A DNA stretch of 61,976 nt, counting the filler, from Hausera hauseri (Eukaryota): the NCBI GenBank assembly GCA_046269625.1. It is 10 parts of 10 records of this genome, joined end to end, with 100 filler letters (N's around TTAATTAATTAA, not from the genome) between each part and the next. Parts side by side here need not be neighbours in the genome. Positions count along the whole stretch, not along the records: positions 25,779 to 30,524 come from JBJURY010452135.1; positions 30,625 to 35,182 come from JBJURY010528678.1; positions 35,283 to 40,269 come from JBJURY010369815.1; 7 more parts are not named here. One strand, written 5' to 3'. Shown here piece after piece: positions 26,285-38,737 of the stretch. The first letter of the stretch is position 1. Each line of letters opens with the position of its first letter. The position numbers and the translations under genes were made by a program. The notes below the pieces were generated by a model, which worked only from the letters and a program-made list of their open reading frames with translations, searched no databases and was not told the origin of the DNA.

Positions 26285-28164
26285 ATGAAGACACTGATTG
26301 CAGTAAAATTGGACACCGTGAAGATGATTGACTGGAACATTCAGGAAGCAGAGAAGTATTCGCAGTGGCTATTAGAACTGCTGATGAAGTAAGTTTTGTT
26401 TTTATTGCATTTTGTTTTGCTCAATCATATTTTTCTATCTCTAGTTTGTAGTACTATTCAAGGCTGAACTGTGATTTGTAAAATACACACTCAGAAAGTA
26501 ACAAGTAAAAACCTGGTCATTCTAACACCAGGTAGACAGTGCTGTTTCATTGAACAGCTTATTTCAAGGCTCAAACTACCATCCATATTATTTTGTCCTG
26601 CATCCTTGCATCTACACCTTTTCTCCACTAGCTTATAAATAAATAAAATACTACATGAACATAGAATAAACGCATTGTGTCTGCCTCCCTCATTAGGTAC
26701 GATCACATATTTCAGCCAATAAATGATGTGACATTTTTTTTTTCAGTGATGCTTATATCAGGTCTCTGCCAGCAGCTGTCTACTTTAAATTTGGAGAGTT
26801 TTGTGACTACATCATGTTATGCAATACTGTTAAAAATGATACGGAAGTAAGTATCTCTATTATTTTCTTTCTTTTTTATTTAAACCTTTTAATTTTTTGA
26901 CACTATACGGGCTAGTTGAGTAAGGTCATATATACTCTATATATCATCATCAATGTGTGGCATGTCCTTTGAGGAAAGTCACCCTCATCACAGCTCGTCT
27001 GAAAAAAAATTCTTATCCCTAGTCAGCTCGCCTACCTTTCTCAAGTTCATGATCAAAATCTCTTTGATTGTCTTGGTCGTCCCTTGCCTCGTGTGCCAGG
27101 AACAATACCTTACATTACCATTGTCGCCAGACCATCATGGCGTTTACCATGGCCAAAGTGTTACTCTGTGTATGTACATGTGTTTAATTCATATTTTCTT
27201 GTGGCTCAGTAATGTATATAATGGCAATGTGACTAGTTCAAAAGGCATCATCTTTTCAATGAATGTCATTATAACTATTCTACTAGCCGCAGCATTACAT
27301 TGGACAGTTACAGCATCTGTTCACCTATCTCTTCACTTTATTATGCCAAACTCCTTCTTTCTTCTAAGATCTGTTGTAACAGTTATTACTTTATCTGTAT
27401 CTTCACAACAGGTATACGGTGACACATTTGTCATTTCTTACTGTAAATAATTAATGGTTTTGTTTGGGATTTATAAAATGCACCCATAATCCAATTAATT
27501 TGTCACACAGGTTATGCAATGAGGCCTAGAGATGTTTATGTTTGGACTGATATGATGCTCCATAGTTTGCTGCAAATAAATATGAAAATTAAAATTTTTC
27601 CAGAGGCAGAAAAGGTGGCATTCAGTAGAATATGTGATAAGTACAACACATGATTTGTTGCCATAGATAACATTACAGTGTAATCTATGTGGTAGAAAAG
27701 GATAACGCTGACTCAGTATGACATGGAGAAGAACTCAACAAAAATACTATCAGTTAGGGGCTAGACATAGGATGCAGACAGAGGAAATGCTATAGGCCTA
27801 GATAATAAACACAAAATATTGTATGTAATCGGAATAGAGACATTACACCACAGATAGAAAAAAAATCTTGGTATAGTATGAGAGAGCATAAGAGAAAATG
27901 ATTGATAGTTTTCAGCATGAGTTAAACATAAACAAGCACTACATTTCTAAAGAAGGAAGCAACAAAATAACAGTTTGTTGTAGAGCAGCTCCTTAGTCAA
28001 CAGTTTGCTAGCCTATTTCACAATCAGCAGGTTATTACAGGCAGCTATTGTTTTCTTTGCAGGCAACTTTTGAGAAACTGAAAGAGGATCTGAACCATGG
28101 TGTTAACATTGACATGTCAGCCATTATGATTGACCCACCAACATTACCATTGCCTCTTGAATTG
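26285..28164 (+). CDS. Three internal exons of an unidentified host gene (26285-26388, 26747-26846, 28063-28164)
   Basis: Strong YAG acceptors and GTAAGT/GTATGT donors; phases join into an open frame MKTLIAVKLD...LLMNDAYIRSLP...NDTEATFEKLKEDL...PLPLEL. Confidence 0.7.
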
Positions 28165-28284
28165 GTATGTTTTATAGTAAAGTTATCTGACATTTCTGTA
28201 GCTAATTTATATTATGTGGTGAGTCGCAGACCCAACACACAGTCTTTTCACCATGAATGGTAAAAGGGGCCTCATTTGGTCCGG

Positions 28285-28412
28285 CCCCTCTTCTTCAACC
28301 TGTCCGGCTTGGTTGAACCTTCTGGTAGCAAAACTACTGTTGGCACAGCTCTCAGGGTCACTGGAACGTGCAAGCCCTCCCACCACTGCAAGGCAGTGAC
28401 ACCAACAGGATG
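28285..28412 (-). repeat. RTE-clade LINE 5'-end-like fragment
   Basis: Minus strand TCACTGCCTTGCAGTGG...GGGCTTGCACGTTCCAGTGACCCTGAGAGCTGTGCC...CCAAGCCGGACAGGTTGAAG resembles RTE 5' UTRs as recalled; not searched. Confidence 0.45.
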
Positions 28413-30298
28413 TTTATGTTTGATTACAATTGTATATTCAGAGATGTCAGTAAGAGAAGATAGGGTGTCTATGAGTTGCTCATGATCTTAGTGATTGATA
28501 GAGCTTTAATATGTTGATGTTGTTGATCTCCTCATGACGAGCATCAGCATCTTGTTGATGGGCCCTGAGCAAGGGCCGTAGTCCTAAAAAGAGCTACAGG
28601 AGTGGGTTTGTTGAACATTCCTTCTGTCCCAGTGGAGTCTAGTAGGGTGGACCAGGGTCCTGAAGGCTTGAGTGCTATGCTTGGCCTCCTAGGAGTGACC
28701 CACTTCTCAATGTGGGTACTGTGGGCGATCCTTGCATCATCAGCCAGAGTTGCCTCTGTTTCCAGGACGGACCACACAGAGGTGATGCAAGGTCTTAGCC
28801 AGTATGTTGGTGCCTGGCCCTGACGTGATTGCAAAGCGATCTCACTTCTCACCGTCCCAGAGCTTTAATATAAAGACTTGTATTAATAGCAATTGCAAAC
28901 ATGAAGGGGCCACGAGATTATTTCCTGTCCATGCCCATTCTAGCTCTCTGTGATCCTGTATACATGTATCACAATTTGATATAGCATTATCACACTGTCT
29001 ACAAATATAGACTAAATTAGGCAGGAGTTGTAATAATTAGAAATAGTTTTAGATATTGAATACTGTTGTGCCCACTGAAGTGGTACTGAAACATTAAATT
29101 TCCTCAGACTAGGCCTCGGAATAATTAAGTGAGCTTGAAATGTTTTCTTTGTTGTATCTCCTTCTCCATATCATGAAATCATGTACCTATTTTAAAACAA
29201 CTATGGTTAGCTGGCACACAAGCTTGCAAAGTGAGAGCTTAGCCTGAGCTAACTTCTAATAACTGCCATTTGTTAATGATACTAAACTTAAAGCATACAA
29301 TGTCTTTATTTTCAAGCCAATAATAACTGAATATAAAGAGAAGATAGAAATTCCTGAGCTACTTGAATAGAACTTGAATAAACCTGACAGTGTTGGTGAT
29401 CATAAAAACATGATGATGATGTAGTCAGTACAACTCTTAACTGCCTTTCATCTGCCCATTAAAATCACTAGAACCAGTCCCAATTTGGTTATCTAATTAC
29501 CAGGGAAAAAATCTAGCCGTAGTGAGCTTAAAAATAATAATAATAATATTAATAATAATAGCACAAAACAAACATGACAAGTTTACCTTCATGTCTGCTA
29601 TGTCACTAACTTGTATTCTATATTTATTTTAAGTCATTTGGAAAGTATTACATGCCCCTTTTATGACTTTTTGTTTTAAACTAATTTTTGTTTTTCTCTC
29701 CCACTTTCCAGAACCCTGCAATGACATTTGATGACTAAATGTGCAGCTTTGTTTTCTACTACTCCAAGAGGTTACAGTCTTACTCATATCAGCTGAAGTC
29801 AATACACCTGTCAAATTTTCGATTCTACAACCACAGCATTAATTAACGTTTATATGGTTTCACATAAAATAATGATATACCAAAACCATTTTCTAAAAAT
29901 CATATTCTATTCATTAAATCATGATATCTCTTTCTCTTCTTCATTATCCTGAGCGCTGATATCAGCACCTCTCAATGTGATGTTGTAAAAAACAAAAAGT
30001 CTAAAAATAATCTTAACTAAAAAAATCAACAAAATGGACCAAGACATCACATGTAAATAACGACAATTCTTCATTTCTGGACATTTATTTAAATCTCTTC
30101 TCATAACAGTTCATCACAGCATTGTTGAGGGACCCCCCCCTCCAAACCCAACTAGAGCGTCCCACTCCAGAAAAAGACGACACAATGAACACACACACTT
30201 CTTATTAAGTTCTCAACTTTTTATGTTTACATAAAATATTAATAAATGAAAGTGATAAAAATGTCAAAAAGTATTAAACAGTAGTCTCAAAATGCGTT

Positions 30299-30524
30299 CC
30301 GCGGTGGCTGAGTGGTTAGTGCACTTGTTGCTGATTCTATCATCGGACCTCAGGTTCACCCAGCCTTAAATGGGTACCAGGGTAAAACCTGGGAAATAAA
30401 TGTGGCGAGAAAGGTGATGGTGTCCCTACTCACAAATCCAGAGCCTAAAAAAATGAAGGCACTAACATTTCATTCCCCTACGGCATTCACCAATGCTATG
30501 GGAGTTTTTTTTTTTTTTTTAGTC
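30299..30524 (+). repeat. tRNA-headed SINE with Nin-like central domain
   Basis: A-box GGTGGCTGAGTGGTTAG, then CAGGTTCACCCAGCCTTAAATGGGTACC (Nin-domain-like core) and a T-rich tail. Confidence 0.65.
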
Positions 30525-30929
30525 NNNNNNNNNNNNNNNNNNNNNNNNNNNNNNNNNNNNNNNNNNNNTTAATTAATTAANNNNNNNNNNNNNNNNNNNN
30601 NNNNNNNNNNNNNNNNNNNNNNNNACATGATCAACGAAAATGAAGGAAAAGTTGAATAAAGAAAAGGTTTAATGAATTTAATATCATTCACTGTCAAAAT
30701 TGAAAGACTTGACCCTATTCATCAGATAGAAGATATAAAGATGGAAGATACTCTTAGACCTTCGGATAGTAAATACTTCTAGATCGTATCACGCTTTTAA
30801 TAAGCATAATTAGAAAGGATTATTCCAGAAGATGATTATAATCGAGATCCAAAAGACTAGTATACACCTAAGAAGGAATACTATAAATAGATTATTTTCA
30901 TGTTTAGATGACATAAAGGTTATACATAT

Positions 30930-32631
30930 ACACATGTATATGTATGGACCCCTATCTGCAACATGAAAACTGGTGCCTCGATTGAGGACATTCACTCTAC
31001 TGTTTATATAAAACACACCTAATATGATAATGGACAAAGGTTTTATTACGTTGGATAATTTCAGACAATCAATACGGACCAGAGCAGTGTAATATATGCT
31101 TCGGAACACTGGGAAGGAGGTACTCGTTATTCCGCTGTACCCATATAATGTGCACCAGCTGTGCAGATAGCGGGCTGGCGAAAAACCAGTATTGCCCTTT
31201 CTGCAGACGAAAACCTACGTCGTACTAGTGCTGGGGAACCACCGTAGAGGTGATCCCGGACGGCGAAGAAAACGAAGATTTGACAGAAGATAATCCAAAT
31301 GACTTGTATATATTCGGACCTAATGGGCTGGTCTATATGAAATTTGATAATTGTCAATAAATATTACAAGATGCCTTAAGAAGATTAATAGAATAATGAA
31401 AAAGAAAAAGAGAAACTAATCGAACAATGAAAGGTAGAACGATAAAAAGGAATAAGAGTAATTGGATAAGTAATAACTTTTGAAGTAGTAAGTGGTAGTA
31501 GAAACACACTAAAGACTAAAAGAAATTGTATAATTAATCGGATTTGATTGTATTGATTTTAAAATGTATTATATGCCGAAAACTCAGTGGGAATCAAGAT
31601 GGAGAAAATCATTGTCCATTATGTAATTTTGTTGAGAAATTGGGACAACCGGAGGATTCATTCACGTGTGCCTATTGCAGGGAGGATACGGATTTGAGTA
31701 TGATGACGATGGACGACAATTGTTTCCTGTTATGTCCTATCTGTGCCCTGTCATGGGATGACATGGAAGAAATTAATGGATTAATCGATTTATGAAATTT
31801 GTGATAATAATAAAATATAATGATTGATGTAGTTGGCGAAATTTAGTTTTATTAATTGTAGAAACTTGCCCCATCTGCTTGGAAATGATAGCAAAGGAAA
31901 GGACAGTATTATTATGTCAACATCAATATTGTACTTCTTGCCTTGATACATAGATGATGGTGCAAAATACGTGTCCATGCTGCCGAAGATCATACATCTT
32001 TTGTTGGTTATGTTTCCAACTGATCTCGGACGATATAGTGGAACTCTCTTGCAAACACTCATTCTGTAAGGAGTGTATCAAAAACATGTCGAAGCGTACC
32101 AATTATGTCCATACTGCTTTGAAGATATAGAGTATTACACAACGGAAGGGCTGGTAGTATACCTAACTATTCTTAACCAACCATCGATGACACTGGTGAT
32201 TGACGAGGATGATGGCAGTTGGCCAGACGAGTGGAGAAATCCACGGCCATATATAGTTGTAGATTTCGATAACTAATTACTAATAAACTAGTATTTTTAA
32301 GTTGTTCATTTTGTTTTGTTAAGGTTTATTCTGAAGTACGAATCAAATACATATATTGAGCCATGGACTCCCAGTATTCTGTTACACCACAGCAATAAAT
32401 AGCTATACTATATATAACCCATACGGAACTTTTACCCCTGTAGGAAAGGATTGCGCTATCTGTTTGAGCGAGTATTCATTAAATCCAGTGGAACTGATCC
32501 CCTGCAGGCATCAATTTTGTCGACATTGTATAAGAGAATGGCTCATTAAGGAGAATACCTGCCCTGCGTGTCGCACTAATTATAAACTGTTCCAGTATAA
32601 ACATAGTTATTATACCATAAAGAATTTATAA
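30930..32631 (+). pseudogene. Decayed cluster of four C3HC4 RING fingers plus a Cys-rich segment
   Basis: RING0 CNIC..CTHIMCTSC..CPFCR (31088-31207). RING1 CPIC..CQHQYCTSCLDT*..CPCCR (~31867-31986). RING2 CWLC..CKHSFCKEC/frameshift/CPYC (~32002-32117). RING3 CAIC..CRHQFCRHCIREW..CPACR (~32452-32574). CxxC repeats at 31565-31745. Confidence 0.85.
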
Positions 32632-35329
32632 ATAAATTAACGTTGATGTTTAGTTAAATTGTTGTTGATTGATTATATTACACATTAACAGAAATGCAGA
32701 GAAGGAAAGAACAAAAATTCCGAACACCTAAACAACAAGAGTATGCGAAATCACCTCAACCCAATGCAGTACAAGATCTACTATATTATCAGAGTAGACA
32801 GTTCGGACCAGCGTCATTTATTAAAAGACGGATAAGCTACTCCAAGGCTATAGTACTAGACAACTCCATGAGAGATACGCAAAACAGAAATATATCGTTT
32901 CGGACATTTCTATATGTGCCCCCCTTCCTGCTCTAGAACACATCGAAGCACATTCCCAATCGCTATTCAAGAAACTCGTTAATTGTTGGCTTTTCGTTCT
33001 TGCCTTTTCTGCGTGTATACATTTTCTTCCATGTTCCTTTCTCAAACAAAACGCAACCATTCTCATTACTTATGCATTCTCATCCCCATCTTCATCACTA
33101 TCGTTTAACTGCTAATCACTCGAACAATGCCTGCATTATGTCAGCATTGTCCACTTTCAATAACATATCACCTTTCCAGTTGACCTTTTCATTTCTTATC
33201 TTTCCTTCATGACCAGGACTGGGTATGTCTGTACTATTTTATTTTTAAATATTTATTATCAGTCTTACTTAGCATGCTCTCTGTCATTACCAGCGAATGA
33301 TATCTACCCGCCTCTGAAAAAAATTGTCCATCCATTAACTGTTCTCCTCTCAATAATTCCTACAGATTACACATGTCAACTTTGGCCTCCTCTAAATTAG
33401 CCGTCTAAGACCTTCCTCATGTAACTCTGATTTCGTCTAATGCTTACTCAAAGCGCTGGTTTTAGACCTTTTTTGTTCACGTCATGTGAAGATCATGAGT
33501 TCTCCTGGCACACTAACCTATAAAGTTTCAAAACGGTGTGAGATCGAGTGATTGCGTGCACACACAGTTTGTCTCCGTGGTTAACTGGTTTTAGTGGTAC
33601 AACCATTGTGATGGTGTTTCCAGTATGTTAGTTGATATTTGGTTGTCATCGAAGCTTTTTTTTAAAACTGAAAAGTGAATTGTTTAGTATGTTTAGCTCT
33701 GATAACCCAGAATTTACAGCTCATATGTTACCTTAAGACAATAGTAACAAGCATGTACATTACAAAAAGTAATACTTATCTGTTGAGAAAACTAATCATT
33801 CTGAAAGAAGCAATTCTAAACAAAAATGTCTGCCTAGCTCTGACACCAAAATGAACAGATCAGGCTATTTGGATTGGAGATGAAAACAAAGATTAGTTGC
33901 CGATTTCAGCTCATGGCGTTTATAAAAATGCTTACAAATGGAAATGACAAATCTTAAAGATTTCCTTAGACTTTCGAGTTAGGTCATTAAAGGGAACTTG
34001 ATATCCGATCGTATTTTAATCCCTTTCCAAACTTGAGGACATCACGGCACAACCTTTTTCCCGCCATCTATGTCACCAAGCTTGACTGCGTGTCACCAAA
34101 TTTAATCGATGACCTTCCATGGAGAAAAATATCGACTCGTACACCTTCGACTGAATTATGGTGAACCACCACTTCTCTATTGGCAAAGAAAGTTTAGATA
34201 TAGCAGATGAAGCAGCTGAAAAACATTTTGCACTTTTAAACTACCATGCTCGGCTTTCGTCATTAACCAACATTAAAAGGAAACAAACGCGTGAGACGTC
34301 GTTGGTCTTTCAGTCACAGAGGAAATGCGTGTAGTCTTTAATTTCATCACGATTTGCATGTTTGTATCATAAACGACAAGCTCAAGTTTCTTATTATATT
34401 GTAAGCCAATAAATAGTCCGTTAAAACATGTTTAAGCTCTTGAATACTTGTATCTCGTTCCTTTTTTTCAAAATTAATATTGAGCGGCGTCAATTGTTTT
34501 TCCAGCACTACATAGTCACAAATATTTTGGGTCACATCTAGTGACGGCATACTGGTGTGTCGCCACACACAATGAGAAAAATTGGCTAAAGAGTGGTCAA
34601 TTTTGCTGGAAACCAAATACTTCTTTTCTAGCACAATTCTGTGTCTTAAATGTATGCGCGCTTGAATGTTGTGTATTACATTGCTGAACTGTTTTTTTTT
34701 GTTCACGTTTTCGTATTTAGGTCTGAATTAAAGTGTACAGCTTGAAAACGCTGTCAAAATTTTTTGCCACCTTGACATATTTTAATTTAAAACCAAAAAT
34801 AATTTTTAAGAAGATAGAAAAGAGCCAAACAAATTGAAAGAGTCTGAGTTCTTGAATTCCGTGAAAAGATCATGAATGTCATCCTTGATGAAAAAAAAAA
34901 TTAGAACTTGATTAGAACCCGTGGCATCAAATTTTTTTTTAGATACCAATGTATTTATAATCATAAAATATACATTGAAATCATTATTAATTTGTTTTAG
35001 ATCAATTATTATTCTCTGATTCTCATACGTTTTGTAAAACGATTCAGCTCCATACTTGTTACTTTATGACTGATGTCTTGGTTGATGAGTAACTAACTAT
35101 TTACACAGAACATCATTTAAAAGCTGACTAGACTATCCCTTTCAATACGTCCTGACATTAAATATCTGTAAACAATATCTGTNNNNNNNNNNNNNNNNNN
35201 NNNNNNNNNNNNNNNNNNNNNNNNNNTTAATTAATTAANNNNNNNNNNNNNNNNNNNNNNNNNNNNNNNNNNNNNNNNNNNNGGAATAGTATTTATAGTT
35301 TGTTGTTGTTGTGCAGAGTGATTTATTTT

Positions 35330-35745
35330 GATTCACTAAAACATTTATGTGGCTTTTAATTTGATTAATAATCGGTTCATAGTCCACTGTCCGAATACTG
35401 AGTACAACAATTTTTCCACTACAAAACACATTGACACAAAGTGGGAAAAGCAATATCATTCACAGTGCATGAAACAGTTCGGGTTCATACGTACATTCAG
35501 TGGCCATTGCTAATTTGTACAGATTGGGTGATGAACATTCTAACTGAGTCGTTACCGTTATTGATTGAATTTGATCAATAACAATTTCGAATAGCAGTAG
35601 TTTACTCTTACTGTCAGCTGTGATTGGTTTGCGACAACCCATAATACGATACCTTCCGGATTGAAATATAATGCATGTAAAATCCGGTGGACACTTGAGG
35701 ACCTATTGCCTTGGCCTCCATTGATTAAAAGATAGTCTGTTAATT
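35330..35745 (-). pseudogene. TBP-like (TATA-binding-protein fold) gene in a Polinton module, disrupted
   Basis: VLKCPPDFTCIIFQSGRYRIMGCRKP...IQSITVTTQL..PNLYKLA..TYEPELFHAL*MILLFPLCVNVFCSGKIVVLSIR mirrors both TBP repeats (ALIFSSGKMVCTG; IQNMVGS; YEPELFPGL; LLIFVSGKVVLTG). Confidence 0.75.
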
Positions 35746-35759
35746 TCACACTCGGTGAC

Positions 35760-35951
35760 ATGATTATGTTGCACGGCAAGCATTTCCTCATAACCGAGAT
35801 TACTTGATAGATGCATATCATGATGCTGTGAATAAGCCGCATGGATATCTGTTTACTGACTTTACACAACAGTGTTCCGATGACATGCGTGTACGAACAG
35901 ATATTTTCAATCCGAAAAGAGTATACGTTTATATACAAATTCGAAAATTAA
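35760..35951 (+). pseudogene. C-terminal fragment of Polinton packaging ATPase (A32/FtsK-like)
   Basis: DYVARQAFPHNRDYLIDAYHDAVNKPHGYLFTDFTQQCSDDMRVRTDIF. The P-loop part is missing. Confidence 0.8.
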
Positions 35952-35964
35952 CGAATTGAATGTG

Positions 35965-36131
35965 ATAAAATTAAGAAGTTCCGAAAAACAATTGTTAAAC
36001 GTAAAGCTGTCAAGCGGGTGTCCGGCAAGAAACGTGTCTCAAAACGAACCGCTACAGTCAAGCGGTTAATCAGTTCTGTTCTTCGAACAACAACTAGACG
36101 CCAATTACCTTCTCAGTGGCAACGGTTATAA
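35965..36131 (+). CDS. Short Lys/Arg-rich (protamine/H1-like) peptide, putative core protein
   Basis: KIKKFRKTIVKRKAVKRVSGKKRVSKRTATVKRLISSVLRTTTRRQLPSQWQRL*. Start codon unclear. Confidence 0.45.
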
Positions 36132-36164
36132 GCAACTACATCTCTGCATTAATACGTCCAAAAA

Positions 36165-36488
36165 ATGCGATTCAAACGTAATCAACAGTACTTTATTTCT
36201 TTGCTCAAGGCACCTACGAGACATAAGCGAAACATTCTGCGATCATTCCCGCAATTTTTAGTGGACGATTTGATGGAAATTTTGTACAATATCGTTGTGG
36301 GTCACGCTGACATTGGTAGTCGAAAGCGGAATTTACTAAAGTATCGAAAAAGACTCATTGGTCTTGCCAACTCTCGTAGTAAACAACTTAAACGAGAGAG
36401 CATGTATCAGCAAGATGGCGGATACTTTGGTGCAATTCTACCGATTTTCACATCATTATCGGGTGGATTCATTGGTGGAACCGTTTAG
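36165..36488 (+). CDS. Polinton/adintovirus small virion protein with QxGG-F/Y cleavage motif
   Basis: EILYNIVVG...LLKYRKRLIGLA...QQDGGYFGAILPI, typical of the small protein next to Polinton ATPase/integrase. Confidence 0.75.
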   Translation: MRFKRNQQYFISLLKAPTRHKRNILRSFPQFLVDDLMEILYNIVVGHADIGSRKRNLLKYRKRLIGLANSRSKQLKRESMYQQDGGYFGAILPIFTSLSGGFIGGTV

Positions 36489-36599
36489 TATAAACAATGA
36501 CGGTAAGTATGTGATGATTTAGCGATAGGGATGCATGGTTTTCATCATTTTGCCCCAGTTTACCGAATATTTTATTAACGTTTCATTCTAATTGCTGAT

Positions 36600-37660
36600 A
36601 TGCAAGCAAAAACGACATCATCGACGACAACGATTGGCGAAGTGTGGTTTAATCCACGTCATTCCGTCGGGTATACTGGCGTCGATAAACTGGCAAAGAC
36701 TGTCAAACAGACTCGGCAACAGACCGAATGTTGGCTCGGGAAACAGATAGCATACAGCCTAAACAAATCGATAAGAAGACGGTTTCCAATTCGTACATAC
36801 CGTGCTGCCGATGTAAATAATGTATGGCAAATGTATATGATAGAAATGATTCCGTACGCCACTATCAACGATGGCTATCGGTACATGTTGGCATGTATTG
36901 ATACGTTTAGTCGTTTTGCATGTACAATTTCTGTAAAATCTAAATCCGGTAAAGATATTGCTGATGCTGTTCGGACACTCATACAACAACACCAGCCGAA
37001 GCATTTACAAACGGATTTGGATAAGGAATTCTACAACGCCCATGTTGCAGCGGTCTTGAAATGGTTCGGCGTAAACCACTACTTGGTGTTTTCCTAATAC
37101 AAGGCTGCACTCGTTGAACGATTTAATCGAACATTGCGCAGTCGCATAAACAAATTCTTTACGATGAAAGGCAACCAACGCTGGGTTGATGTACTGCCGA
37201 ATATTATTCATGCATACAATCATTGTACACACCGTGGAATCAATGGAATGCGCCCAGTTGACGTAATCGATGATTTCAACATGTGCCTTTACAAAACCGA
37301 ACACCACAACGACAACAGGAAATTAAATGCAAGAAATATAAATTCGGTGCTTACGTACGTATTTCGAAAATAAGTACGACGCCATTCATTAAGAATTTTA
37401 ATCAGAACCGGAACGACGAGATTTTCCGCACTTCGGCAATCAATACAAAACGAACACCTGTCATGTACGTTTTAGAGGATAAAAACGGTGAGGAAATAAG
37501 CGGTAAATTCTACAAACAGGAACTGCAGGTACTGCCCCAGAAACCCGATGTGTATCGTATTCAGGAAATTTTACGTTCACGTGGCAAAGGTTCGAATAAA
37601 CAATATCTCGTCAAGTGGCAAGGATAAATTGCACCGAGTTGGATTTTTGCATCACAGATT
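36600..37660 (+). pseudogene. Polinton retroviral-type integrase with C-terminal chromodomain-like region
   Basis: YMLACIDTFSRFA, LQTDLDKEFYN, KAALVERFNRTLR, YNHCTHRGINGMRP, YRIQEILRSRG..YLVKWQG. Stops and frameshifts. Confidence 0.92.
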
Positions 37661-37662
37661 CA

Positions 37663-38698
37663 ATGAGCAGCAGCAGTATTTATTTGGTACTTAATAGTAA
37701 CAGATCATTATCACAACATGACGACAATGACAATACCGCTAAACAATTTACCATGCACTCGGACCAACCGGTCGATTTACGCCAGGGAGCCCGGGAAGTG
37801 GCTTTAACGGAATTAACATTTACATTTTCACCAATGACAATATGTCAGAACAGTGGTATTTACTTTACCCGACAAGAAACGTACCCTATTTCACGTCGTT
37901 TGCGGACATTCCGACACAATAACCGATATACTCTTCACAATTATTCGCGGCAACATTTCTCGGTTTATACCGTATGAAACTAATGCATCAAAATCCCACT
38001 GAAATGCAGTTTAAATCAGGCATGGGGTTTTCAATTAGTCAATGTACACTCAAAGCTTCTATGGCTAGGTGGAAATGTTATAATTGGTGAAAATTTGAAC
38101 CTTTCATCCAATGCGGAATCCGATATTATAATAAAGTGGATTAAGTCAGAATCCGTCTTCCGCTCATATATTGTACCACACGATTTAGTAATGGAAAAGG
38201 AACTAAAATTGTGTGCGTGCGTGAAGAAAACGGCTACATTAGCCGTAAAACACGTGAAATAGTCGCAGATTGTCATATTTCTATTATACTAGATGACAAT
38301 CTAATATATTTGCCTTTGATGAATTATACGCTCATAATCTGGGTTTTCCGAAACATGAATTCTATCAGACCAGTGCTGGACAATCTATTGTTGCCAAATA
38401 CAAACCACAACTCTATGGCGCATTTTATACAATCAACATTTTAACGGGTTTAACCGAATTCATACTTATTGGTGGAGAACGTAAACAACTGCTGCCTTTT
38501 TTCGAACTGGATTCTGCCACGTACAAAACATCGGGTGAAACTGTTCGTGTCAATATGCTCAGACCCATGTACTTATCATTGTCTCACAATACTGTTCAGA
38601 GTATTTCCGTGTATAGGCATGATGAATTTTTGGAATAAATTAAATTTCTGTTTGGGTCAACGACACATTTCACTTTACATTTTCGACGTCGTCGATAA
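37663..38698 (+). pseudogene. Polinton minor capsid protein (penton) 1
   Basis: IYLVLNSN..DNTAKQFT..PVDLRQGAREVALTELTF at the N-terminus and FTLHFRR at the C-terminus; frameshifted. Confidence 0.8.
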
Positions 38699-38737
38699 TA
38701 AACAAACTGCATAATCATCATTGACAACATTGTGAAT

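Noticed and set aside
26953-27450. 165-aa hydrophobic ORF as a membrane protein
   Set aside because: It lies inside an intron of the spliced gene and has no family motif; probably repeat debris.
28520-28550. Hammerhead-like CTGATG-stem-GAGA on the minus strand
   Set aside because: Lacks the CUGANGA/GAAA core and stems I and III.
33500-34930. Possible degraded DNA transposon
   Set aside because: No catalytic motif or matching termini could be identified.
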